This document shows positions 36,146 to 46,708 of a stretch of 64,000 bases of DNA, one piece after another. Numbering within the stretch: the stretch's first letter is position 1; the number at the start of each line of letters is the position of its first letter. The stretch is taken from the NCBI GenBank assembly GCA_036478875.1, contig JAZGEW010000055.1, positions 1,005-65,004 on the forward strand, written 5' to 3'. This stretch comes from Promethearchaeia archaeon. GTDB lineage: Archaea; Asgardarchaeota; Lokiarchaeia; Sigyniarchaeales; SOKP01. The translations under genes and the position numbers were made by a program. The notes beneath the pieces were generated by a model. It saw only the letters and a program-made list of their open reading frames with translations, searched no databases and had not been told where the DNA came from.

Positions 36146-37312
36146 TTAAAGTGGAATTGTAAGTTCTTCGAGCTTTTCTGGAGCTTTAGTTAATTTTTGA
36201 TATCCTTCTTCCGTGATTAACACTGTATCTGAATGACGAAAACCACCTAATCCTGGTATATAAATACCAGGCTCAACACTAATCACCATATTCTTTTCTA
36301 ATGGTCTATCATATCCTTCAGCTAAGAAAGGAGCTTCATGACCTGTAATTCCAAGACCATGTCCCGTACGGTGAATTATATTATCACCATATTGTTTTTC
36401 AGTTACAAAGTCCCTTACTGCTTTATCCACGTCACTCATGATTGTTCCTGGCTTTAACATACTATATGCCAGAGCTCTTGCTTCAGACATCACCTCAAAG
36501 GGTCTTATAGCCTTCTCAGGTACATGACCTAAAAAGAAAGAACGTTCAATCTCAACTCCATATCCATCTACCTGAGCAGAGACTATTGAAACATGTGGCC
36601 CCCCCTCTTCCATAGGGGTAAATACGTGAGGTATTAAGTGAGGATCATGAGAAATTGATGGAGGCCAAACAGCTCCTGTGGTCTCTGTGGCTCTAAAATT
36701 AGCATTTGGTATATCTTGGACTATTTTAGATGTCATAGCATCAGTGATCTCTTTATATAAAGCAAACTCAAGGATTTTTGGGCGACACTTTTTAAGCAAT
36801 ACCTTATGCCCCTTATTTACTACTCGACATGCATGATAAATTCGCCCTACTTCATAATCAGTTTTAATGATACGAACTTCATCAATTATATCTGAAACAA
36901 CTATTTCTCCAGGAGTTTTATTAGCAATGCCTATTGGTAACTCAGGTTCTATCCCTACTTTAGCATTTGAGCTAATTTGCTTTTGATAATAATCATACCA
37001 ATTATCGCCGGTTCGAGCGGGAAATTCATAGTATATGACAAATTCAAGTTCACATCGCGCTCTAGATTCGAAATGTCCCTTCTCTAATCTGGGAATCAAC
37101 ATTTTTGGTAATCCTTCTCTTTCTATTATAAGAATAAAAGGGCGTTCATGGACATAAAAAGCAAAATTAGTTAGATAGTAGATATTTACTGGATTAAATG
37201 AAATATAATAATCCAAATCCTGTTCTTTCATTAATTTTCTAACTTTCATTATACGATTCGATAATTCCTCACGATTTGGAGGTTTTGTAATAGCTTTTAT
37301 TTTTATACTCAT
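36146..37312 (-). CDS. M24 family Xaa-Pro peptidase / creatinase-like
   Basis: HRTGHGLGITGHEAPFL, VEPGIYIPGLGGFRHSD and an N-terminal creatinase-like domain. Confidence 0.85.
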   Translation of the reverse strand: MSIKIKAITKPPNREELSNRIMKVRKLMKEQDLDYYISFNPVNIYYLTNFAFYVHERPFILIIEREGLPKMLIPRLEKGHFESRARCELEFVIYYEFPARTGDNWYDYYQKQISSNAKVGIEPELPIGIANKTPGEIVVSDIIDEVRIIKTDYEVGRIYHACRVVNKGHKVLLKKCRPKILEFALYKEITDAMTSKIVQDIPNANFRATETTGAVWPPSISHDPHLIPHVFTPMEEGGPHVSIVSAQVDGYGVEIERSFFLGHVPEKAIRPFEVMSEARALAYSMLKPGTIMSDVDKAVRDFVTEKQYGDNIIHRTGHGLGITGHEAPFLAEGYDRPLEKNMVISVEPGIYIPGLGGFRHSDTVLITEEGYQKLTKAPEKLEELTIPL

Positions 37313-37383
37313 AATTCACATAAACAATTTATTAGAATATAATAATCATATAAGACTAAATTATAAATAAAACATTAATCTTC

Positions 37384-38982
37384 TTGAAAATGACTTTTGG
37401 ATATTTTGGTTTAGTTCTACACGGCCATATTCCATGGTGTAAAAAATCGGGAACTTGGCCTGCTGGGGAGGAATGGCTAATGGAGGCTATGAACGAGACA
37501 TATATTCCAATGTTAAATATTTTAAGAGAATTGAAAGAGAAAGGACTAAAAACAGCTATTACAATTAATATAACACCAATATTGGCTGAACAATTAGCAG
37601 ATGAATATATGAAGCAGAGATTTTCCGAATATATGGAAAGTCTTATATTAAGAGCTAAAAATGATATTAAGAGATTTGAAAACCATCAAGAAAGGAAGAG
37701 TATTGCTGAATTTCATTTAAGAAATTTTAAGCATGTATTAGATACGTTTTATCATAATTATTATAGAGACATTTTAGGAACCTTTAAATGGCTCCAAGAT
37801 GAGGGGATGATTGAATTGATAACGTGTGGGGCAACCCATGGTTTTTTACCTCTTTTTGAGAGCAATTCTGGAATTTTTTCTCAAATTCAGGTAGCTGTAG
37901 ATACTCATAAGAAATACTTCCAAAAAGAACCAAAAGGTATCTGGCTTCCCGAATGTGCTTACCGTCCTAAAGAATTCAAAGATGGTAAATTACGGGAGAG
38001 TATTGATTATTGGTTAAATAATTCTGAAATTGAATATTTTTTTGTTGACTCTCATGGAATTTTGAATGCTGAATTGTTAGAGGAGAAAAATGATATTGGA
38101 TTGAATACTAATTTTGGATATACTTTAGAAACCAACCTTTCTGTATTTGGTAGAAATAATAATACTAGTAGACAAGTATGGGATTCAAAAATAGGATATC
38201 CTGGAAATGAATATTATAGGGAATTTCATAGAAAAGATCATGAATCAGGCCTACATTATTGGAGAATTACTAGCAAAGAATTAGGAAAAGGTGAAAAACA
38301 ATTTTATGATATTGAAAAAGCAGATGAAATTGTTAATTCTCATGCAAATCACTTTATTTCATTAGTTGATGAGGAATTAAAACAATTTTCAGACAAATTT
38401 AAAACAAGTGGGATTATTATTTCTCCTTACGATTTTGAGCTTTATGGTCATTGGTGGATGGAAGGGATACCTTGGTTAAAGAAAATCTTAGAATTGATCC
38501 ATAATCATAAAAATATAGAAATGACCACGATTTCTGACTATATTTCTAAATTTAAAGAAAATTTTTCAGTAATTAGAATGGGTGAGAGTAGTTGGGGTGA
38601 GGGAGGTCATTTTCAAGTATGGAAAAATCCAGATCACGGTTGGATTTGGCCCTATATCAATGATTCAATAAGGGATTTTGAAAATATCTTAGAAATTAAC
38701 CTAAAACCAAATATTTGGGAAGAAAGAGTTCTTAAACAAACAGCTCGTGAGCTTATATTGATGGAAGGGAGTGATTGGCCCTTTCTTCTATACACTAAAC
38801 AAGCAAAAGAGTATGCAAACCAAAGATTTCACCATCATCACCAAAGATTTAATAAATTAATTTGGGCAGCAAAAGATTTTAATGATAAAAATAGATTACT
38901 TTTAGAGGCTTTAGAAGAAATTGAGTCCATTGACACTTGCTTTCAAAACATAAACATTAACTATTTTAAAAGAATTACTTGA
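37384..38982 (+). CDS. GH57 family 1,4-alpha-glucan branching enzyme
   Basis: FGLVLHGHIPW..., TCGATHGFLPL, WLPECAY and a helical C-terminal domain with SDW/FHHH. The track start is TTG 37384; ATG 37390 is likely. Confidence 0.75.
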   Translation: MKMTFGYFGLVLHGHIPWCKKSGTWPAGEEWLMEAMNETYIPMLNILRELKEKGLKTAITINITPILAEQLADEYMKQRFSEYMESLILRAKNDIKRFENHQERKSIAEFHLRNFKHVLDTFYHNYYRDILGTFKWLQDEGMIELITCGATHGFLPLFESNSGIFSQIQVAVDTHKKYFQKEPKGIWLPECAYRPKEFKDGKLRESIDYWLNNSEIEYFFVDSHGILNAELLEEKNDIGLNTNFGYTLETNLSVFGRNNNTSRQVWDSKIGYPGNEYYREFHRKDHESGLHYWRITSKELGKGEKQFYDIEKADEIVNSHANHFISLVDEELKQFSDKFKTSGIIISPYDFELYGHWWMEGIPWLKKILELIHNHKNIEMTTISDYISKFKENFSVIRMGESSWGEGGHFQVWKNPDHGWIWPYINDSIRDFENILEINLKPNIWEERVLKQTARELILMEGSDWPFLLYTKQAKEYANQRFHHHHQRFNKLIWAAKDFNDKNRLLLEALEEIESIDTCFQNININYFKRIT

Positions 38983-39062
38983 TAACCTTTTATGGAATTA
39001 GTAAAAAAATTTCCATTGGCTGCTGCAAATAAAAAGATAAGAATTTGGGTGCTTTAAAAAAG

Positions 39063-39611
39063 TCATAAAATGAATATTGCTGCTGCTAAGACAGTGGCCC
39101 ATTCTCCCTCATTTTTCACAGTGGTAAATTCTGTAATGTTTTTCGTTTCAATTATTTTTCCATTAATTTTAAATATTTGCTTCTCATCATAATCAGAATG
39201 AGAATTAAAAGGGATTCCGAGTGTTGTTGTTAACATTTCAGCAGCTAATCCTTCAGTAGTTTTTCCTATTCTTTCCGGTTTTATCCCAATAGCTTGATGT
39301 TCACTTAAATAACCATAAAACTCTTCGTTAGCAGGCTTGGCTACCCCTATTGAAGAGCAAATTAACTCTTTTTTATTATTAGAACTAATTCTACTTAATA
39401 TAGAATACACAACTTGACCTGTTTCAAGGTGTTTCAAACCCTCCGATTTCATCACTTCCTCGCAATGTGGAGGTATAATTGATGAAACCTTAACAAGGTT
39501 AAATTTTTCAATACCTGCATCTCTTAATGCTTCTTCAAATGAACGTAATTTTGAATTTGAGGAAAAACCTTTACCTTTTACGAAAAAGATTTTCTTAGGG
39601 ACTAAAGACAT
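39063..39611 (-). CDS. pdaD: Pyruvoyl-dependent arginine decarboxylase
   Basis: VPKKIFFVKGKG...SFEEALRDAGIEKFNLVKVSSIIPP matches PdaD, including the self-cleavage SS site. Confidence 0.85.
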   Translation of the reverse strand: MSLVPKKIFFVKGKGFSSNSKLRSFEEALRDAGIEKFNLVKVSSIIPPHCEEVMKSEGLKHLETGQVVYSILSRISSNNKKELICSSIGVAKPANEEFYGYLSEHQAIGIKPERIGKTTEGLAAEMLTTTLGIPFNSHSDYDEKQIFKINGKIIETKNITEFTTVKNEGEWATVLAAAIFIL

Positions 39612-39844
39612 TTTTAACTTAATAATTTGTAATGATTAAATATTATTTAAAATAACGCATTATTAATTACGTGTTCCAATCTCGAGAAGAGATCTTTTAA
39701 GAAAAAAAAGTAATCCCCTTCGATGCTAAAAACGTAAAAAATATTAATGGAGTATGACATATGTTAGTGTATGGTATGATGCTACAATTGCACTACCAAT
39801 TTAATAACTAGTTTACGCAACGGTTAAAAGTAATTTAATTAATC

Positions 39845-41140
39845 TTAAGCATCTTCTAAATTTATCATACTTTTTAATTCTTCCAAGGCTTTCCTTTGCT
39901 TTTGTTCATCAAGCAAACAATCTGTAATTTTCCAGAATCTATATTCATGGTTTAAATAAGCAGGACAACTTTTTTTTATATCTTCTGGGCAATTTGTAAT
40001 TTGCCAGCATTGAAATTTACTTTCCTCGTAGAATTTATGAAATTTTTTTGGTAGCTTTTTATATTGAAAATTAGTTTCCTTAAGATATTTATCCAAATCA
40101 TTAGAATTATAAGTATTCCAAAATAGGATGGTCTTATTTTTATTCTCTTCTTGTTTTAGGTAATCAAACATTGCTGCCATTGTTTTTCCTGTATATGAAG
40201 TTTCAAGTTTAAAATCATTTTTATGTCCTTCTAATTCAAATACTTTATCAACAGCATTTTGTCCTCTTAATGTTTTAACGCCATAACCAGATCCTAAATA
40301 ACCGGTAATAAAAACAAAATCATCTTTGTTCACTTTTATGTTAGGAATTGATTTATCTTTTTTTCTTAAAAATTTAATAACTTTATTAGCATTCTTCATA
40401 ACTGCCCATGGATTTGAGGTTAAACTAGTATATATCGCAACAACATGTACTTTTGATTTTAAGCCTAAAAGCTTACAACCTGCTATAAGTCCTGCTGCGG
40501 TGCCTAGTGATCCTCCCGCTATAAAAATAGTATCAGGTTCAGGAATAATATTCTGATCAATTTGTTTTTTTAACTCAAACACAGCATTTAAAAATCCAAT
40601 TGATCCAAGAGAAGATCCAATTCCAAATAAGGGAGACCCTCCCGGAAACATTAAAAAATATCTTGGATGTCTTATTTTAAAAAATAAAAATTTGATAAAC
40701 GTACCAATATCTCCTTTGCCAAGATGAAGTCTTGCCCCAAAATAATTAAATAATAATAATGAACGTTGAACATGCCAGGTTAATGGTTGATGGAAAAGAT
40801 AAAGTTGACATTTTAATGGGGGATTTAATTCATGACAAATGATTGCACATGCTAATCCATGATTTGTTCCTATACCTCCATTTGTTACAACTCCTTTTTT
40901 TTTCTTTTTTAACACTTTTCCAAATATAAATTCAAACTTTCTTAGTTTATTTCCTCCATAGATATAGTGGTTTTTATCATCTCGTTTAATGTAAATCTGC
41001 CCTTTATATGAATTGAAATAATTTTCTAATTTAGTTAATCTCTCTACAGGTGTAGGTATATTGTTTAGTAAAGGAATCCAAGGAATTTTTTCCTTTAATT
41101 GAGGATAATGTTTGAATAAGATAGGTTCACTTCTTACCAT
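39845..41140 (-). CDS. PLP-dependent enzyme (ACC deaminase / D-cysteine desulfhydrase family) with Cys-rich C-terminal extension
   Basis: IYIKRDDKNHYIYGGNKLRKFEF carries the Lys in the GGNKxRK motif. GGIGTNHG is also present. The extra tail is FQCWQITNCPEDIKKSCPAYLNHEYRFWKITDC. Confidence 0.7.
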   Translation of the reverse strand: MVRSEPILFKHYPQLKEKIPWIPLLNNIPTPVERLTKLENYFNSYKGQIYIKRDDKNHYIYGGNKLRKFEFIFGKVLKKKKKGVVTNGGIGTNHGLACAIICHELNPPLKCQLYLFHQPLTWHVQRSLLLFNYFGARLHLGKGDIGTFIKFLFFKIRHPRYFLMFPGGSPLFGIGSSLGSIGFLNAVFELKKQIDQNIIPEPDTIFIAGGSLGTAAGLIAGCKLLGLKSKVHVVAIYTSLTSNPWAVMKNANKVIKFLRKKDKSIPNIKVNKDDFVFITGYLGSGYGVKTLRGQNAVDKVFELEGHKNDFKLETSYTGKTMAAMFDYLKQEENKNKTILFWNTYNSNDLDKYLKETNFQYKKLPKKFHKFYEESKFQCWQITNCPEDIKKSCPAYLNHEYRFWKITDCLLDEQKQRKALEELKSMINLEDA

Positions 41141-41224
41141 ATATACAAGAATACTGAATTAGTAAAAAAATTTTATAAAAAGAACTATAACTTTTCTAAT
41201 AGTGAAGGCTTACAATCCAATTAT

Positions 41225-42001
41225 TTAATGCTTATCTTTCACAAATTTTCCAAGTCTTCTCTTAAGTTCAACAGATTGACCTGCAAAGATCATTACGCGT
41301 AATTCTTTTGCTAATACCGATTCAATTGTGTCATCTTGGTTTTCATTTATTAACTTCTTAGCCCATTTTAGAGCAAAGTGATCTTTTTGTACTATTGTAT
41401 TAGCTGTACGTTTAAGAACCCTTCTTAAACTCTCTGGTTTACATAATTTGTTAACTAAACCAATATTAAGGGCATCATCAGCATTGATTTCAGTACCTAA
41501 ATACATTAATTGTTTAGCTCTTCCCTCACCAATAATTCTTGGTAATAGTTTTGTAGAAGCATTAGAAAAAAAAAGCCCCACTCCTAGCTCGGGGAGCATT
41601 ATTCGAGTATTATGTGCCGCAATTCTTAAGTCACAATATAATAGTTGCTCAAAGCCTCCACCTATAACCCAACCATGAAGACCAGCAATTATAATACCAG
41701 GATGAGACATCATAGCTCTTGTTAGATCCTGAAAAGATTCTAAGAATTCTACGGCTTCTGCCATTCGATTTTCATTAGTAAGTAGATCGAATCCATATTT
41801 CAAATCAGCACCGACAGTAAAATCTTTCCCGTTCGCTGTATAGATAACGCAAATATCCCCATTTTCAGCACTTTTGTTAAAAGAATTGATTAATTCTTTA
41901 ATTGTATGTAGATCTAATGCATTTCTTTTTTCAGGTTTATTTAATATAATTTTACCAATATAACCCTCTTTTTCATATAGGACAATATCCTCCAAATTCA
42001 A
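41225..42001 (-). CDS. Enoyl-CoA hydratase/isomerase (crotonase) family protein
   Basis: ILNKPEKRNALD..., FTVGADL and GWVIGGGFEQLLYCDLRIA are crotonase fold motifs. Confidence 0.85.
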   Translation of the reverse strand: MNLEDIVLYEKEGYIGKIILNKPEKRNALDLHTIKELINSFNKSAENGDICVIYTANGKDFTVGADLKYGFDLLTNENRMAEAVEFLESFQDLTRAMMSHPGIIIAGLHGWVIGGGFEQLLYCDLRIAAHNTRIMLPELGVGLFFSNASTKLLPRIIGEGRAKQLMYLGTEINADDALNIGLVNKLCKPESLRRVLKRTANTIVQKDHFALKWAKKLINENQDDTIESVLAKELRVMIFAGQSVELKRRLGKFVKDKH

Positions 42002-42043
42002 ACCTCCATTTTTGAGTATAATGCGTGCCTTAAAATGTAATTT

Positions 42044-42946
42044 TTAAATTAAAACAAAACCATTTCCTTTTTGTTCTATCAACCTATTTTTAATGAATTT
42101 ATCAAAATGTTTTTGGATCATTATCAATTCAGCAATTATTTCATACATCTTAAATTGGCTATAATATTTATAAATAAGATTTTTATTCTTAAAATCAATT
42201 ATGTTTTTTGGATTAGATTCAGAAAAATAGGATAAAATCCGCTCATCTCGCTTATAAATTATTGATTTGTATTTACTTAATTCTTCTTTAATTGATTTTT
42301 TACCTTCAATTATACCTCGATGACCTGTAACTGCGGTTTTTATATCGAGTTGATTTAACTTATCAAGTGATGCTTCAAATTCTATTAAACTTGAGTCAAT
42401 ACCTGCGTAAAATACAAAACTAGTTAAATCAATATCTGCTAAAAATGCAATTTTTGAGTTTAATTCTAAAAATGCACAATGTCCCGCTGTATGCCCGGGT
42501 GTATGAATTATTCTTATATCAAAATCGTTTCCAACTTTAATAACTTCATTATCCTCTAATAGTTTATCAATCTTAGTGTTCTCAAGTTTTAAACTTTCCA
42601 TAAGCCATTCAGATTCTTCTTCTGCTGGAGAATTTGAAATTCCATAAAATTCATTAAATTTATTTATATTTTCTATCAAGAATTTATCTTTTGAATGGAT
42701 AAAAAATTTAGCATTAGGTAATAATCTATTACCTGAAGTATGATCTTCATGCCAATGAGAAAGCAATACGTTATTTATAGGATAAAGTCTCTTAAGCTTT
42801 CTTAAAAGTCTACTAGAAATCCCTGTGTCTATTAAAAAATCTTCGATAAGTAAAGAATGTGAATAAGGATATTTACCTTCTCTAGCTCCTTTTATGAAAT
42901 TAATTTTCTTAAACTCATCAGAAATTGGTTGTACAAAATCAATCAT
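42044..42946 (-). CDS. MBL-fold metallo-hydrolase
   Basis: LLSHWHEDHTSGN (HxHxDH), HTPGHTAGH and TGH. Confidence 0.8.
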   Translation of the reverse strand: MIDFVQPISDEFKKINFIKGAREGKYPYSHSLLIEDFLIDTGISSRLLRKLKRLYPINNVLLSHWHEDHTSGNRLLPNAKFFIHSKDKFLIENINKFNEFYGISNSPAEEESEWLMESLKLENTKIDKLLEDNEVIKVGNDFDIRIIHTPGHTAGHCAFLELNSKIAFLADIDLTSFVFYAGIDSSLIEFEASLDKLNQLDIKTAVTGHRGIIEGKKSIKEELSKYKSIIYKRDERILSYFSESNPKNIIDFKNKNLIYKYYSQFKMYEIIAELIMIQKHFDKFIKNRLIEQKGNGFVLI

Positions 42947-43036
42947 TACAATCTAAAATAAATTATAGTACTTTTTAATGATTTTTAAAAACAATGAGTT
43001 AAGATAATAATGATTTAAATTGAAAGGTTTTAGAAA

Positions 43037-43201
43037 ATGTATTATTATTGTCCTAATTGTGCTTCAATGAAAATACCCAAAGTCTTAAATTACTTTCCAC
43101 CTAAAACAGTGAAATGTATGAATTGCGGTTACATTAATACCGAGACTAAATTTATAAAAGAACAGGAAAAGAAATTTACACCACTTCACTATACTCATTG
43201 A
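43037..43201 (+). CDS. Small zinc-ribbon protein (54 aa, below the track cutoff)
   Basis: My translation is MYYYCPNCASMKIPKVLNYFPPKTVKCMNCGYINTETKFIKEQEKKFTPLHYTH*. It has two CxxC pairs and sits in an otherwise empty intergenic region. Confidence 0.45.
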   Translation: MYYYCPNCASMKIPKVLNYFPPKTVKCMNCGYINTETKFIKEQEKKFTPLHYTH

Positions 43202-43412
43202 AGTTCTAATTCTTCTTTTTTTTTATACGTATATATATTTCTAATCATATAGTCAAATTCTCGTTAAATTCATAGATTTAATTATTGTTTTTGCTTCTAT
43301 GAATATCACAAATCATGAAATCCCATATACTTCTTGCTATAAAAGTAATTGTTAAATACTAAGACGGTTTTATATTTGTGATATTTAAATCTCTTATAAC
43401 TATTCTAAGTAA

Positions 43413-44777
43413 ATGAGAAAAGATAAAATATCTTTAGTTATTAGTGGGCTCACATTTAGTTTAATTTTCTTGATTAGTGGGCTATACTATCCTTCTTGGT
43501 CTCAAAAACATAGCAAGAACGTTTTCCTTAATTTTAAATCATTAAAAAATTCATCTAATTCTTCTACTTGGAGTCGGATTTGGGAAGTAGATTCAACAAT
43601 TGGTGAAGAGATAGCCACAGATTTATCAAATAATGTTTATATTGTTGGTAGATTCTATAGGCACCCCGAAGATCCAATTTTTAATATAAAATTTGATGAA
43701 TATGGTCATGAACAATGGAATGCCACCTGGAAGTTAAATAACAATACTTCTATTGCAGGATTAGTGGTTGATTCTCAACAAAATATATATAATCTTGTAA
43801 ATCTCTACGCTCTAGAAGATAAAAGCATTATAATGAAAATTAATAATATAGGAAAATCAGTTTGGAATAAAACTATTGCTGGTAATACTGATTGTATTTA
43901 TCTAGATAAACATGATAATATCTACATTTCTGGTCGTATTTGGGATTGGAGGAAAGATGAATTGCATATTTATCTTAAAAAATTTAACAAAAATGGAATA
44001 TCTCAGTGGAATCACACTTTTCTTATGGATGATATCATCAATTTATTTGGATTTCCTTGTACAATAATGGTAGATCATTTGAATCAAACATATATGGCAG
44101 GAATCTTAAGTACAAGCGGTTTTGAGGATGGAGATTATCATTCTTTTGGATCTTATTATCCTGCTCCTCTTATTTTCACATGTATTTATAATTCTTCAGG
44201 AAATTTAGTTTCTTATAATATGTGGAGAATTCTTGATTATTATATATCAACTAGTATGATTTTTGATACATCCTGTAATCTCTATCTAATTGGAGCAGAT
44301 AGAAGTGTTTCTCGAAATATAATACTTAAATATGATTCCTCATGGCATTCACAATTATCAACACCTGATTGGCAGAAAAAAGAAATAGGTGATTCATCTG
44401 AATTTTGGGAACATATTACTTTAGATATTTATAATAACATATATTGTGGTGGAACAAATTATTATTTTACAGGAAAATCTAATTATGAATTATATCTAGT
44501 GAAATTTAATTCTTTAGGAAATTTAGAATTCGATGGAGCTTGGAATAATTTAAGTGATGCTCGGTGTATGGATATCTACGTAGATTCTAATTTGAGTATC
44601 TATCTAACGGGATCTAGTGATAAAAGAGCTTTGATATTAAAAAATCCTGTTTTTGGTGAATTTTCAAATCCATCTTATATTAATATTAATATAATTATTA
44701 CTTTAACAACTATCTTTTGTATTTGTGGTATTATTGGGATATATTTCTTTATTCGATTTAGAAGAAGATCTGATTAA
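43413..44777 (+). CDS. Secreted beta-propeller-repeat-like protein with C-terminal TM anchor
   Basis: Signal anchor at the N-terminus. Recurrent units of the type NNVYIVGR...FNIKFDEYGHEQWNATW, NIYISGR...YLKKFNKNGISQWNHTF and LYLVKFNSLGNLEFDGAW resemble SBBP-type repeats. The C-terminus is a TM segment plus RFRRR. Confidence 0.5.
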   Translation: MRKDKISLVISGLTFSLIFLISGLYYPSWSQKHSKNVFLNFKSLKNSSNSSTWSRIWEVDSTIGEEIATDLSNNVYIVGRFYRHPEDPIFNIKFDEYGHEQWNATWKLNNNTSIAGLVVDSQQNIYNLVNLYALEDKSIIMKINNIGKSVWNKTIAGNTDCIYLDKHDNIYISGRIWDWRKDELHIYLKKFNKNGISQWNHTFLMDDIINLFGFPCTIMVDHLNQTYMAGILSTSGFEDGDYHSFGSYYPAPLIFTCIYNSSGNLVSYNMWRILDYYISTSMIFDTSCNLYLIGADRSVSRNIILKYDSSWHSQLSTPDWQKKEIGDSSEFWEHITLDIYNNIYCGGTNYYFTGKSNYELYLVKFNSLGNLEFDGAWNNLSDARCMDIYVDSNLSIYLTGSSDKRALILKNPVFGEFSNPSYININIIITLTTIFCICGIIGIYFFIRFRRRSD

Positions 44778-44903
44778 TAAAATTTCAAGTACTGTTTAAA
44801 TACTAATTATTCTTTTTTCCAGAGATCTCTCATTCTTTAAGTTATAAAGTCTACTTCTTAAGAAAAGAATAAATTTAAAAGTAAAAATGATGCCTATTTA
44901 TGA

Positions 44904-45080
44904 TTATTTTAACGCGTAATAACAACGCTTAGGAGAATAGACTTTTCCCTCCTCACGTAATTCTTTTATGATTTTAGATACTTCCTTAGATTCAACACCT
45001 GTTTGTTCAGCAATTTCACCTGGACGTAAAGGTTTGGAAGTACTTTTAAAAACGTTTAAAACTTTATCTTTAGTAACCAT
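44904..45080 (-). CDS. Small winged-helix DNA-binding protein (58 aa, below the track cutoff)
   Basis: My translation is MVTKDKVLNVFKSTSKPLRPGEIAEQTGVESKEVSKIIKELREEGKVYSPKRCYYALK*. The pattern (K.L..GEIAE.TGV...EV.K.IKEL..EGK..SPKRCYY) matches a widespread small wHTH family. Confidence 0.6.
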   Translation of the reverse strand: MVTKDKVLNVFKSTSKPLRPGEIAEQTGVESKEVSKIIKELREEGKVYSPKRCYYALK

Positions 45081-45265
45081 ATTAATTTCTAGTCTTTGAT
45101 TGAATTTAATATTAGCTGTAATAATCTAAAAGGCTTAAATAATAAACAAATTTTTTTAGAATGATAAATATCTCATTTTTTACAAATCTTTTAATTTAGA
45201 ATTAAATTTCCAATAAAAATACAAGGATTATAGTTACAACATAATTCTATTCTATTGATGAAAAA

Positions 45266-46696
45266 ATGGCTTCACTGGAAAATAAATTTAAAATTAAACT
45301 TTCGACAAAGGCAAAATTTGCAATTGGTGGTATTGGATTTAACCTAAGTGCTGGGATGTTTGCGGCATGGTTAATGAACTTTTATATTAAAGTTATTAGG
45401 TTAAATCCAATGTTATGGGGATTAGCATGGATTTTATATATAGTATGGAATGCAATAAATGATCCTTTAATTGGGTATTTTGGAGACCGTACTAGAACTA
45501 AATTGGGAAGGAGAATACCATGGCTTATGGTTGCTACACCCGCGATTTCCATCGCATATTTACTCTTATTTTTCCCTCCAAATTTAGATCCCACATTAAT
45601 GAGCTCTCAATGGATCTACTTTTTTTGGTTATTATTTACGTTACTATTCTATGATACGTTTTATACTATAATCGGAATAATGCAACAAGCATTAGTGACA
45701 GAATTATCAATTCTTTCAGAGGAAAGAGCACATACAGGATTTTTCTGGGCAATTGGCACACTTTTAGGGCAAGTTATAACATTTATTCTTCCCTTCTTCC
45801 TAATTATAAATGAAGAACCATATTCTCAAAATCTTCAAATATTCCAATTTTTAGTTATCATATTTACAATTATTGGATTATTTACCTTAGCAGTCATGTC
45901 TTTTTGGATTAAAGAAAAAAAGGAGTTTATGTATTCAGAAACAGAAAAAATTAAATTTTTTGAATCAATAAAATACACTATTAAAAAGAGGGGTTTTATC
46001 ATATATACGATTTTCACGTTTATGGTCGTATACGTTAGCTCCGCAATTTATTCTCAAGTAAGTTTTTTTGTACAAGATGTATTAAATGTCTCAGGAGATA
46101 ATATTCTTTCATCATTACCTATATTTGTTTTCATACTTGCAAGTTTGATTGGATATCCAATCGGTATGTTATTTAATAAAAAATATGGTGGTAAAAAGGC
46201 AATAATATACCTCTCATTTGTACCAATAGGAGGACTAATATTACTCACATTCATTTCAGATTTTATTGCTTCGAATATACTTTTATTTTTAATAGGGATA
46301 GGGTATGCTGGTGTAATGCTTCTCGTTCCAATTTTAATAATGGATCTTATTGATGAAGATGAACTTGAAACGAATCTTCGAAGAGAAGGTGCCTATTTTG
46401 GTTCCACTAGTTTATTTACAAAACCTGCTCAATCAATAGCAGCAGCTTTTGCAGGGTTAATATTGGTTCTAACAGGATATAATCAAGAAGGGGTTATTCA
46501 AACAGAGTTCGCTAAATTTGGTATAAAGTTAAATATTGGGTTAATTCCTGCAATATTTTGGATTATAGGAATAATAGTTCTGTTAAAATTCCCAATAGAT
46601 GGGTCTACAAAAGAGTATAAAGAAATGAAAAAAAGACTTGAACTACTTCATGATAAAAAATTAGAATATTATTTAAACCAAAATAGTGAAAAATAA
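45266..46696 (+). CDS. MFS transporter, glycoside-pentoside-hexuronide (GPH) cation symporter-like
   Basis: DPLIGYFGDRTRTKLGRRIPW is the GPH/MelB signature. About 12 hydrophobic segments. Confidence 0.8.
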   Translation: MASLENKFKIKLSTKAKFAIGGIGFNLSAGMFAAWLMNFYIKVIRLNPMLWGLAWILYIVWNAINDPLIGYFGDRTRTKLGRRIPWLMVATPAISIAYLLLFFPPNLDPTLMSSQWIYFFWLLFTLLFYDTFYTIIGIMQQALVTELSILSEERAHTGFFWAIGTLLGQVITFILPFFLIINEEPYSQNLQIFQFLVIIFTIIGLFTLAVMSFWIKEKKEFMYSETEKIKFFESIKYTIKKRGFIIYTIFTFMVVYVSSAIYSQVSFFVQDVLNVSGDNILSSLPIFVFILASLIGYPIGMLFNKKYGGKKAIIYLSFVPIGGLILLTFISDFIASNILLFLIGIGYAGVMLLVPILIMDLIDEDELETNLRREGAYFGSTSLFTKPAQSIAAAFAGLILVLTGYNQEGVIQTEFAKFGIKLNIGLIPAIFWIIGIIVLLKFPIDGSTKEYKEMKKRLELLHDKKLEYYLNQNSEK

Positions 46697-46708
46697 AAGG
46701 AATCTTAT

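Noticed and set aside
39760-39845. AUGAUGC (C-box-like) sequence in the pdaD/PLP-enzyme intergenic region as a possible C/D box sRNA
   Set aside because: There is no matching D box (CUGA), no C-prime/D-prime boxes and no terminal stem at suitable spacing on either strand.
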